Below, in pieces: positions 8,955-17,582 of a DNA stretch of 64,000 bases. Source of the stretch: an uncultured Acidobacteriota bacterium (GTDB lineage Bacteria > Acidobacteriota > Terriglobia > Terriglobales > Acidobacteriaceae); contig CAVXXV010000004.1 in the NCBI GenBank assembly GCA_963765755.1, positions 259,036-323,035 of the forward strand. The letters run 5' to 3'. Position 1 is the stretch's first letter, and every line of letters starts with the position of its first letter. The notes beneath the pieces were generated by a model. It had not been told where the DNA came from. It was given only the letters and a program-made list of their open reading frames with translations, and searched no databases. The translations under genes and the position numbers were made by a program.

Positions 8955-11789
8955 ATGATTGTCGCGAAGCTAAGGGAGGAATCTGTGCGAAGGGCAATTG
9001 TTTTTACGATTGGACTGCTTCTGAGCGGAGCCCCGTCAATGTGTCAGGACAAGACAGCCAAGGCGCCGATTCAACTTCCCACCAGCAAATCGCTCGCGGC
9101 CGACACCGGCCGGATTTCGCCGCTGAACAGTTTCCCGGCAACGATTGCGCTTAGTCCCGACGGGCATTATGCGGCGATGGTACACGCAGGATATGGAACA
9201 CAGGACAGTCGCGGGAGGCAGTCCATCTCGATCGCCAATCTCAGCAACGGCCAGGTAAAGGATTTTCCAGACGATCGCCTGGCTGAGGAATCCCACCAGA
9301 GCTATTTCGTGGGACTCGCGTTCAGTGTGGATGGTAGGCACCTGTACGCTTCGCTGGGATCGATCACGGACCCGACCGGTTCAAAACCCGGCGACACGGG
9401 AAATGCAATTGCTGTTTACAGTTTTAGCGAAGGCAAGGTTGCTCCGGAACGATTGATCAAGATCGCGCCGACCAAGTTGGCCGCGGGAAAGCTCGTTGCC
9501 CGTGGCTTATTCAATACGCCGGAGGGTACGGCGATCCCTTATCCGGCGGGACTGGCCGTCGTCGCTTCCGAGGAGGGGGAGCGGCTGGTGGTGGCCAACA
9601 ACTACTCCGACAGCGTAATCCTGATCGACGCAACCAGCGGACAGGTCGTGCACCAGTTCGATTTGAGCACGAACCGCATGATTCCTTCGGCGTATCCCTA
9701 CACGGTAGTCGTGGCGCGCGATGGGCGCAGGGCCTGGTGCAGTCTGTGGAATGCCTCGCAGGTTGCGGAACTGGACCTGGCGAGTGGCGAGGTTGTGCGC
9801 CGGATCTCGTTGCGCAAGCCGGAATCGGACACCGCGCCCGGATCGCATCCGACCGCGCTCCTTTTGAGTCCGGACGAGAAAACGCTCTATGTAACGCTCT
9901 CAAATGCAGACCAGGTGGCAGCGATCTCCACTGCGGATGGAACTCCCACGCGCTGGTACTCGACCCGGCTTCATGGACAAGCGTATGGCGGCACCTCGCC
10001 GGTAGCGCTGGCCATCTCAGGCGATGGAAAGCAGTTGCTGGTGGCAACAGCCATGCTGAATTCGATTGCCGTATTTGACTTGACCGGGAGCAGAGAAGGC
10101 GCTGCCCAAGCGCCTCAGGAAGCCGCGGGTTTCATTCCCGCAGATTGGTATCCCACGGCCCTCGCGGTGCATGGCGATGACCTGTGGATTGCCACCGCGA
10201 AGGGACGCGGCACCGGACCGAACAACGGGCAGAACGGAATTCCACCCGGGCGAAGACGTCGTGACCATCCCTACATTGCGACGCTACTCTATGGATCGCT
10301 GGGACGCGTGCACTATGCCGATGCCAGCAAGAAACTCGCCGACCTTACACGGCAAGTCGAGGAAGGGAACCGGCTGCATGCGGATGCCGGGAAGTTCCAG
10401 TTTGCCGGCGGCGCCAATCCCATCAAGCACGTGATTTACATCATCAAGGAGAATCGCACCTACGATCAGATTTTCGGCGACATAAAAGAAGCGAACGGCG
10501 ACCCATCGCTGACCATGTATGGACGCGACATCACTCCTAACGAGCACAAGCTCGCATTGCAGTTCGGAATCTACGACAATTTCTACGACAGCGGGGAAGT
10601 CTCGGGTAACGGGCATGACTGGTCTACCGCTGCCATTTCGACCGATTACACCGAAGCGAACTGGCAGGTTACGTATCGCGGTCAAGAGCGCACGTATGAT
10701 TTCAGCGGATCGGTGGCGGAGGAATATCCGGCCGAGCGCGGCATTCCGAATGTGGACTCCCCACAAACTGGATATTTGTGGGTGAACGCGGCAGCTCATG
10801 GAATCACCTATCGCGACTACGGCGAGTTCATTGATAGCGAATTCTGCCCGATCAAGACGCCGGATGCTTCTCCGAAGGAGGGCAACCCGCAGCCGCAGAT
10901 TTCTTGTGAGCATGACGCGATCCGGAAAGGAGAGCCATTGCCGGCCGGGCTGGGGGATCCCAAAGGTGGCCCGAGTCCTTACCCGTGGCCGATTCCGTTG
11001 AGCACGCAGACCAAGGCCACGATGCCCGAACTGCAGGAGCACACTGATCTTGCGTACCCGCCCTTCAACGTCGACTACCCGGACCAGTTGCGCGCAGACG
11101 AGTTCCTGAACGAGTTTCAGGGTTTTGTTCAGGCAAGAAAAGATGGCAAGGGGGAGCAACTGCCGAGCCTGGTGATCATGCACTTGCCCAACGATCACAC
11201 GGGGGGCACGCGGGCAGGGAAGGCCGCGCCCACCGCTTCGGTCGCGGACAATGATCTTGCGTTAGGCAGAATCGTGGAAGCGGTCGGACACAGTCCGTAT
11301 TGGGATGACACGGCGATCTTCGTGTTGGAAGATGACGCGCAGGATGGCGTGGATCACGTGGACGCGCACCGCTCGGTGGTGCTGGTAATCAGCAAGTACG
11401 CGCCCCGCTCAGGCGATAGTCCTGTCCTTGAACATCGCTTCTTTACCACCGCGAGCGTTGTGCACAGTGTGGAAGAACTCCTTGGCTTGCCCCCGATGAA
11501 TGTGAACGATGGGTACGCGCCGCTGATGGTCGGATCCTTCTCGGGAGCAGGGAATCAGGCGCCATTCGCGGCGGACACTTCGAATCGCGAGAATGGCCTG
11601 ATCTACAAAGTGAATGCGGCGGCCGCGAAAGGCGCGAAAGCTTCGTCTCGGATGGACTTCACGCGGCCGGATGCGGTGGATACGCGTGTGCTGAATGCAA
11701 TTCTGTGGCGCGAACGCAAGGGCAACATCAAGATGCCGGCAGCAAAACACACCGTAATCCCGGCAGGTCTGAAGCCTGATGATGACTAA
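8955..11789 (+). CDS. Secreted fusion of a beta-propeller (YncE/YVTN-like) domain and a phosphoesterase-family (PlcN/AcpA-type) domain
   Basis: N-terminal signal-like RRAIVFTIGLLLSGAPSMCQ and repeated propeller-like blades. The C-terminal half has IKHVIYIIKENRTYDQIFGD, typical of the phosphoesterase family. The track start at 8949 is TTG; the first ATG is at 8955. Confidence 0.8.
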   Translation: MIVAKLREESVRRAIVFTIGLLLSGAPSMCQDKTAKAPIQLPTSKSLAADTGRISPLNSFPATIALSPDGHYAAMVHAGYGTQDSRGRQSISIANLSNGQVKDFPDDRLAEESHQSYFVGLAFSVDGRHLYASLGSITDPTGSKPGDTGNAIAVYSFSEGKVAPERLIKIAPTKLAAGKLVARGLFNTPEGTAIPYPAGLAVVASEEGERLVVANNYSDSVILIDATSGQVVHQFDLSTNRMIPSAYPYTVVVARDGRRAWCSLWNASQVAELDLASGEVVRRISLRKPESDTAPGSHPTALLLSPDEKTLYVTLSNADQVAAISTADGTPTRWYSTRLHGQAYGGTSPVALAISGDGKQLLVATAMLNSIAVFDLTGSREGAAQAPQEAAGFIPADWYPTALAVHGDDLWIATAKGRGTGPNNGQNGIPPGRRRRDHPYIATLLYGSLGRVHYADASKKLADLTRQVEEGNRLHADAGKFQFAGGANPIKHVIYIIKENRTYDQIFGDIKEANGDPSLTMYGRDITPNEHKLALQFGIYDNFYDSGEVSGNGHDWSTAAISTDYTEANWQVTYRGQERTYDFSGSVAEEYPAERGIPNVDSPQTGYLWVNAAAHGITYRDYGEFIDSEFCPIKTPDASPKEGNPQPQISCEHDAIRKGEPLPAGLGDPKGGPSPYPWPIPLSTQTKATMPELQEHTDLAYPPFNVDYPDQLRADEFLNEFQGFVQARKDGKGEQLPSLVIMHLPNDHTGGTRAGKAAPTASVADNDLALGRIVEAVGHSPYWDDTAIFVLEDDAQDGVDHVDAHRSVVLVISKYAPRSGDSPVLEHRFFTTASVVHSVEELLGLPPMNVNDGYAPLMVGSFSGAGNQAPFAADTSNRENGLIYKVNAAAAKGAKASSRMDFTRPDAVDTRVLNAILWRERKGNIKMPAAKHTVIPAGLKPDDD

Positions 11790-11909
11790 AAGACACTTTG
11801 CGTTCTTTGCGGATTTTGTTCGCGAACTCGGCGGTTAAGAGCCTTTAACCGCAAAGCTGGCGAAGAAGATCGCGCGAGGAGGCAAAGAAATCGTTTGCGC
11901 GCGATCACT

Positions 11910-13316
11910 ATGAAACACGACAAACACTTTCGCGGAACGCGCGTCGTCGCTCTTCTTATTCTGCTGACGTCTGCGGTTCTTCTCGCCAACGTCGATCCCA
12001 AGAAGGGCCGGGTCACGGCGAATCCGACCAGCGGCAATCGATACTCCTTCGAACAGGAAGTCGACTACGGGCGGCAGGCGATTCCGGAAATTGAAAAAGA
12101 ACTGCCGCTGTTGCCGGTCGATCATCCAATTTCGAAGTACATCAACGCGCTTGGCAACCAACTGGCGGCGAAGGCTCCGGGCTTTAAATTTCCGTACACG
12201 TTTCGGGTTGTGAATCAGAAAGACATCAATGCTTTCGCCCTGCCGGGCGGCCCAATCTACGTGAACACGGGGACGATAGCGACGGCCAGCGAGGCGGAAC
12301 TTGCGGGAGTAATGGGACACGAAATCTCGCACGTCGTTATGCGGCATTCCACGCGGCAAGCATCACGGCAGAGCAAGGCTTCGATTCCGCTGGCAATCCT
12401 GAGCGGGGTACTGGGAGCAAGTGTTGGTGGATGGGCGGGATCGCTGGCGCAGATGGGAATTTCGATCGGCGCGGGCTCGGTGTTCACCAAGTATTCGCGC
12501 GAAGCGGAGACCGAAGCCGACATGGTGGGCGCGCAGATCATCTACGACACAGGCTTCGATCCCCGCGCGATGGTGACGTTCTTCCAGAAACTCAAAGAGC
12601 AGCAGGGAAGTGGCGGCGGCCCGAGCTTTCTGGCGTCCCATCCGGACCCGGGAAACCGCGCCCGCGACGTGGCATCGATCCTGTCTCGATTTCCCTTGAA
12701 GAAATATCAGCAAGGCGACAGCGCTGAGTTTGTTGCCGCGAAAAAAGCGCTTTCGAGCATAGGGCCGGAGAAGGTCGAAGCCCCCAATGTCGCCGTTCCG
12801 ACAATCGCTCTCCGGCGTTTATCCGCCAAGGAGCTTTCGGTGGACAGCCTCAAGCCATACGAGCACAGAGCGTTCCGCGTGTCATATCCGGCGAACTGGG
12901 AGATCGTTGGGGATCCAACCTCGTCGGTGACCCTGTACCCCAGGGGTGGGGCCGACCGCGAGACGGTCGCTTACGGGACGATTGTCAGCGCCTTTACTCC
13001 AGGGAGCGGCGGGACGGAACTGGGTGAAGCGACCCGCCAGTTGATCAATTCCATCCGGGATACGAACCCGGCATTGCGGCAGACGGGGAATCCAGTCAAT
13101 CTGACCGTCGGCGGACGAGCAGCAAAGAGCGTCGAGATGCTGGGAAACTCGGCGATCCGGGAGAAGGGGCAGGCGATTCCGGAGAGGATCCGGCTAGTGG
13201 CCGTACGCGGGAAGGGCAGCCTGATTTTGTACTTGGTGTTCATTGCTCCCAACGCCGATTTTGACGGGTTGCGACCGACATTTGACCGGATTTTGCGGAG
13301 CTTTACAGTCAGATAG
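11910..13316 (+). CDS. M48-family zinc metallopeptidase, secreted
   Basis: HEISHVVMRH (HExxH) and AFALPGGPIYVNTG, with a hydrophobic N-terminus. The track start at 11895 is TTG; the first ATG is at 11910. Confidence 0.8.
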   Translation: MKHDKHFRGTRVVALLILLTSAVLLANVDPKKGRVTANPTSGNRYSFEQEVDYGRQAIPEIEKELPLLPVDHPISKYINALGNQLAAKAPGFKFPYTFRVVNQKDINAFALPGGPIYVNTGTIATASEAELAGVMGHEISHVVMRHSTRQASRQSKASIPLAILSGVLGASVGGWAGSLAQMGISIGAGSVFTKYSREAETEADMVGAQIIYDTGFDPRAMVTFFQKLKEQQGSGGGPSFLASHPDPGNRARDVASILSRFPLKKYQQGDSAEFVAAKKALSSIGPEKVEAPNVAVPTIALRRLSAKELSVDSLKPYEHRAFRVSYPANWEIVGDPTSSVTLYPRGGADRETVAYGTIVSAFTPGSGGTELGEATRQLINSIRDTNPALRQTGNPVNLTVGGRAAKSVEMLGNSAIREKGQAIPERIRLVAVRGKGSLILYLVFIAPNADFDGLRPTFDRILRSFTVR

Positions 13317-13517
13317 GCACCATTAGCCTGCCCGGGCATCGTTTCCCAACGGTTATGTGACTGAAATGTCGCCAAAATCTTACATCTCAGTACTCGCTTT
13401 CCAGATAACCTCCTATGTCCTTTCGGCGTCCAACTCATGAGAATCGTTAGGAGTTCCACATTCGACCGGGCGTATAATTTCCTCAAGCGGGGCCCGGGTC
13501 CAGGGCAGGAGTTGGTT

Positions 13518-14798
13518 ATGAAGTTTCGCCTCTCACCAGGAGTGGTCGTTCTTTCGGCGCTGCTGTTTGTCGTCCCGGCGTTCGCCCAACAAGATTCCAA
13601 GAACACTACCGACGATTCGGCGCCCTCGGTAAAGCAAGGGACACCGGACCAGAAGGCGGAAACTCCCACGGATCAGGAGAGTCCTGCGGCCAAGCCCAGT
13701 TCTCCGACCCAGACATCGACTCCCGCTCCTACCGCAAAGACTCCTTCCGATCCCACCGCAAAAGCTCCCTCGGATCCGACAGCGAAGACACCCGCTGACG
13801 CTGACGGGAAAGACACGCCGCCGAAGAAAGAGCCAACCGCCATCGCGCAGCCCGACGACAGCAACGTGAAGCACGATGGTAGTAAGAACGATGTAAACGC
13901 CATCGGAAATCGTAAAGTCGGGGGCCGCGGGCTGGGCGACTGGTACTCGCTCGAAGGCGAGATCCGCATGGGCAAGCAGTATGCCCAGGAAGTTGAAGCG
14001 ACGTCGAAGCTGATTCGCGATCCGGTGATTACTGAGTACGTGAATCGCATCGGGCAGAATCTGGTGCGTAATTCCGATGCTCAGGTTCCGTTCACGATCA
14101 AGGTTGTGGACTCGGACGAAGTGAATGCCTTCGCGCTGCCTGGCGGGTTCTTCTACGTGAATTCCGGCCTGATCCTGGCGGCCGATGAGGAGTCGGAACT
14201 GGCGGGCGTGATGGCGCACGAGATCGCGCACGTTGCGGCGCGGCATGCCACGCGGCAGATGACGCGCGCGCAGTGGGCCAACATCGGAACGATCCCGTTG
14301 ATCTTCGTGGGTGGTGGTATCGGTTACGCCGTACGTTCCGTGGCCGGTCTGGCTTTACCCATGGGCTTCCTGGCATTCTCGCGCAGTTTCGAGTCGGAAG
14401 CCGATTACCTGGGACTGCAGTACATGTACAAGGCGGGCTACGATCCGAACGCTTACGTAGCGTTCTTTGAAAAACTGCAGGCGCGCGAGAAGAAGAAAGC
14501 GGGCACGCTGGCGAAGGCGTTTTCTACGCATCCGCAAACGCCGGACCGGATCACGAAATCACAAGAAGAGATCGGCCGCATTCTTCCAGCGCGCCAGCAA
14601 TACATCGTGACAACCTCGGAATTTGGCGACGTGAAAGCCCGGCTCGCGAGTCTCGAAAACCGCCGCAAGGTGGTGGATGACAAGGGTGGCAACAAGCCCA
14701 GTTTGCGCCGGGCGTCAACCACTGACAAATCCACCGATAAGAATGGCGACAAGGGCGGCGACGATGATCGACCCACTCTTCACCGCCGTGATGACTAA
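13518..14798 (+). CDS. M48-family zinc metallopeptidase, secreted, with a low-complexity linker
   Basis: The ATG at 13518 is preceded by AGGAG. Signal peptide MKFRLSPGVVVLSALLFVVPAFAQ, HEIAHVAARH, AFALPGGFFYVNSG, and three 8-aa repeats PTAK(T/A)PSD. Confidence 0.8.
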   Translation: MKFRLSPGVVVLSALLFVVPAFAQQDSKNTTDDSAPSVKQGTPDQKAETPTDQESPAAKPSSPTQTSTPAPTAKTPSDPTAKAPSDPTAKTPADADGKDTPPKKEPTAIAQPDDSNVKHDGSKNDVNAIGNRKVGGRGLGDWYSLEGEIRMGKQYAQEVEATSKLIRDPVITEYVNRIGQNLVRNSDAQVPFTIKVVDSDEVNAFALPGGFFYVNSGLILAADEESELAGVMAHEIAHVAARHATRQMTRAQWANIGTIPLIFVGGGIGYAVRSVAGLALPMGFLAFSRSFESEADYLGLQYMYKAGYDPNAYVAFFEKLQAREKKKAGTLAKAFSTHPQTPDRITKSQEEIGRILPARQQYIVTTSEFGDVKARLASLENRRKVVDDKGGNKPSLRRASTTDKSTDKNGDKGGDDDRPTLHRRDD

Positions 14799-14825
14799 TT
14801 CCACGATTTTCTACAAGTAGAAAAA

Positions 14826-14858
14826 CCGGCAGCCCACGGGCTGCCGGTATCGTTTTCT
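14826..14858. terminator. Stem-loop terminator between convergent genes
   Basis: CCGGCAGCC-cacg-GGCTGCCGG followed by TATCGTTTTCT. Confidence 0.65.
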
Positions 14859-14885
14859 GATCGCGAATTTAACGCTGACTTGTTG

Positions 14886-15119
14886 TTAGCCAGCTTCCTT
14901 GGTCGCGAGAGAACGCATCGCACTGGCATGATTGCGAGTGCCGGAAACGACTTTCATCTCTTGCCAGTCGTAGGGGAATTCCTTGCCGCACTCGAGACAG
15001 ACCACGTATGTTCCGGTCAGCATTGCCGCCTGGTTGCGGCGCGACCCGGGTTTTAACGTGATCGGAAAACTGTACTGCAGGTGCCAACAGCCAAAGAGCG
15101 CGTCAATTACCTTCCCCAT
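14886..15119 (-). CDS. Small hypothetical protein with a putative zinc-ribbon (CWH...CLEC)
   Basis: 77 aa from the internal ATG. Cys/His pairs GCWH and CLEC. No family recognised. Confidence 0.4.
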   Translation of the reverse strand: MGKVIDALFGCWHLQYSFPITLKPGSRRNQAAMLTGTYVVCLECGKEFPYDWQEMKVVSGTRNHASAMRSLATKEAG

Positions 15120-15315
15120 TGCGAGACCTCCCCAGAACCACAAATGTTCAGTAGTGCAAGGCAGCAGCCAACTCCGGACAAATACTTAGATTCGGATACC
15201 GGAGAAAAGGTTCGACTTGGACGCAGGGTTAGCTCTGTCCAAAACCGAACAAAGGAAAACTCTTGCACACAATGACCTTAAATTTTGTCAGGAAGAATCG
15301 CGGGGGGATTTGTTG

Positions 15316-15570
15316 CTAGAAACTCTCCTGGGTCTTTTTTCGCTGCTGGCATTTCGACATGATCGCCGAGCGAAGCCGGGTACGAAGGTCGTCGGGTAGT
15401 TCGTACAGCTCAGAGTCCCGATAGATCTCAATGGTCTTCTTGGTGGTGTCACAGACCACGTAGCAGTTGTGGCACCAAGCCAAGTGATCCTCGAGTTCGG
15501 ACTTGGTCCGATCATCGAGTGCGCCGTCTAGATAATTTGTCAGCTCTTGCAGGAATTCAGAGCATTTCAC
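15316..15570 (-). CDS. Soluble zinc-binding anti-sigma factor (ZAS, RsrA-like)
   Basis: 84 aa with no TM segment and the H-x3-C-x2-C motif HLAWCHNC. Its start overlaps the sigma-factor stop by 4 nt. Confidence 0.7.
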   Translation of the reverse strand: MKCSEFLQELTNYLDGALDDRTKSELEDHLAWCHNCYVVCDTTKKTIEIYRDSELYELPDDLRTRLRSAIMSKCQQRKKTQESF

Positions 15571-16196
15571 TTTTGGCCATCTCCGCTCTCACGTTTCTTG
15601 AAGTAGCGGCTGAGCCGCTCCCGCAGTTGCAGGCGGGCCCGCAACAACCTTGATTTCACCGCGGGGATGCTGAGGCCCAAAGCCTCGGCCGTCTCCTCGG
15701 TGGAAAGTCCTTCCACATCTCTCAGGACGAAAACCGTCCGGAAACTTGGTGGTAAACCCTGGATCGTCCGCGTCAAGATGTCTTTCAACTCTGCTTGCTT
15801 GTAGAGTTGCTCGGGGTTCGGACTCCAGTCCGCGATCTCGCGGGGAACCGAATCCTCTTCGGTCTTGACGTCCTCGTCCAGCGAAACCGTGCGCTCGGGC
15901 CGCCGGCGGCGCAATTTCATCAGCGCCTCGTTCACGGCAATCCGAACCAGCCAGGTGTAAAACTTCGACTGCCCCTGGAATTGTTCCAGGTTGCTATAGG
16001 CCTTCAGGAATGCGTCCTGGACTACATCTTCCGCATCTTCCCGGTTCTGCGTGATGTGCTGAGCGATACGAAAAACGTTTCGATCGTACCGCTTGACCAG
16101 TTCCTCAAACGCAGAGACTTCGCCCTTCTTGGCCGCCTGGACCAGCGCCAGTTCGTCGCTAACGGGCTCACCTATCTTTGGTTGGATGGTGCTCAT
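15567..16196 (-). CDS. ECF-type RNA polymerase sigma-70 factor
   Basis: Region 2 (DAEDVVQDAFLKAY) and region 4 HTH (LSTEETAEALGLSIPAVKSRLLRAR). Confidence 0.9.
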   Translation of the reverse strand: MSTIQPKIGEPVSDELALVQAAKKGEVSAFEELVKRYDRNVFRIAQHITQNREDAEDVVQDAFLKAYSNLEQFQGQSKFYTWLVRIAVNEALMKLRRRRPERTVSLDEDVKTEEDSVPREIADWSPNPEQLYKQAELKDILTRTIQGLPPSFRTVFVLRDVEGLSTEETAEALGLSIPAVKSRLLRARLQLRERLSRYFKKRESGDGQK

Positions 16197-16445
16197 TCTT
16201 AGTCCGATGCAGTATTTTGCGAGGCTCTCGCTGATTGGCGAGTTGTTATTCTACTTGGTAACCAAGGTTTCTGACGAGTGCTTTTGCCGTATCCGGGCGG
16301 GTGCGCTTTACGATAAATTTTATGGGGTCGCCGGGCACACCGGGGAACACGTCCTAAAGGCACCGGAAGTTGCAGCGCAAGTACCGTATAATCAAGGGTT
16401 AGCTGGGTAGTTCGGCAGAGTCTTCCCGAGAATTACCGAGAATTC

Positions 16446-17579
16446 ATGACAGACGCGAACGAAGTTGGACAGATTGTCGAGCGTGTGGTCACGCAGGTCC
16501 TGCAAGGGCACCTTTCGCAGATCCGCGAAGAACTGGTGCGTCGCGTTCTTGAAGAGTTGCCGCAGGGAGCCATGGATGGGGCGGCGCACGAAGGATCGAG
16601 CGGCGCCGGTCCAGTAGATTTGTTGCGTGGCGTGGCTGCGATTCACGCCGGTGCCACACAAAAAGAGATTCTCCGCGCGTTGCTCGACAGCGTTGCCCAG
16701 CATTCCGGGCGCACCGCTCTGTTCGTGATTAAAGGCGGCCTGGCAACCGGCTGGCAGGGTCGAGGCTTCGAAGATAATGACGCCGTCAAGGACTTCACGC
16801 TCGATACATCGCGCGGGTTGCCGGAGCGCGTGCTGCACGAGAAAGCGCCTTTCAGCGGACAGGTCCTTGACATGGACCCGAGATTCATCGACCGCTTTGG
16901 CGGTCCGGCTGACGATCACATCGTGATGCTGCCGTTGCTTCTGAAAGACAAAGTTGCGGCTCTCGTGTATGTGGACTGCGGGCTGGATAAGAATCGCCTG
17001 GACACGGCATCGGTAGAACTGCTGGTGGTATCGACCAGCGCATGGCTGGAGCTGGTTTCGCTTCGCAAGCAAGCTCCGCGCGAACCGGCGCCTTATGCTG
17101 ACACCGTTCCGGCAGCTCCTTCGATGCAGGGGACTCCGAGCTTCAACGACCCATTCGCGGGCCATGCTCCGCGACACACCGCGGCGGCCGCCGCAGCGTA
17201 CGAAGCTCCATCCGAGTCTGCACATGCGGAAGTCGTATCGGTCGCAGCGGCGGCTGCCGGGGTGGATCCAGGCGCATCCATTAGCCATGCTGGCGCCGCA
17301 CTCAGCGAGGAAGACGCGGACGTTCACCGCAAGGCGCAACGCTTCGCCAGACTTCTCGTGGACGAGATCAAGTTGTACAACCAGGCCAAGGTCGCTGAAG
17401 GCCGCAAGAACAAAGACCTGTATGACCGATTGAAAGAAGACATTGACAAGAGCCGCGCCACTTTCAAGAAGCGTTATGGAAACACGGTGGCGGCCAGTGT
17501 GGACTACCTCCAGGCGGAACTGGTACGCAGCCTGGCGGAAGACGATATTTCAGTGATGGGCGCCAATTTCCGGCGATAG
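16446..17579 (+). CDS. Conserved hypothetical protein (possible GAF-like middle domain, charged helical C-terminus)
   Basis: Its composition looks protein-like, whereas the Arg-rich antisense ORF 16392-17339 does not. No family securely recognised. Confidence 0.55.
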   Translation: MTDANEVGQIVERVVTQVLQGHLSQIREELVRRVLEELPQGAMDGAAHEGSSGAGPVDLLRGVAAIHAGATQKEILRALLDSVAQHSGRTALFVIKGGLATGWQGRGFEDNDAVKDFTLDTSRGLPERVLHEKAPFSGQVLDMDPRFIDRFGGPADDHIVMLPLLLKDKVAALVYVDCGLDKNRLDTASVELLVVSTSAWLELVSLRKQAPREPAPYADTVPAAPSMQGTPSFNDPFAGHAPRHTAAAAAAYEAPSESAHAEVVSVAAAAAGVDPGASISHAGAALSEEDADVHRKAQRFARLLVDEIKLYNQAKVAEGRKNKDLYDRLKEDIDKSRATFKKRYGNTVAASVDYLQAELVRSLAEDDISVMGANFRR

Positions 17580-17582
17580 ATT

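Noticed and set aside
16392-17339. A 315-aa minus-strand ORF overlapping the 16446-17579 gene.
   Set aside because: It is Arg/Cys-rich with low-complexity composition. The plus-strand frame has balanced, domain-like sequence and a better start context.
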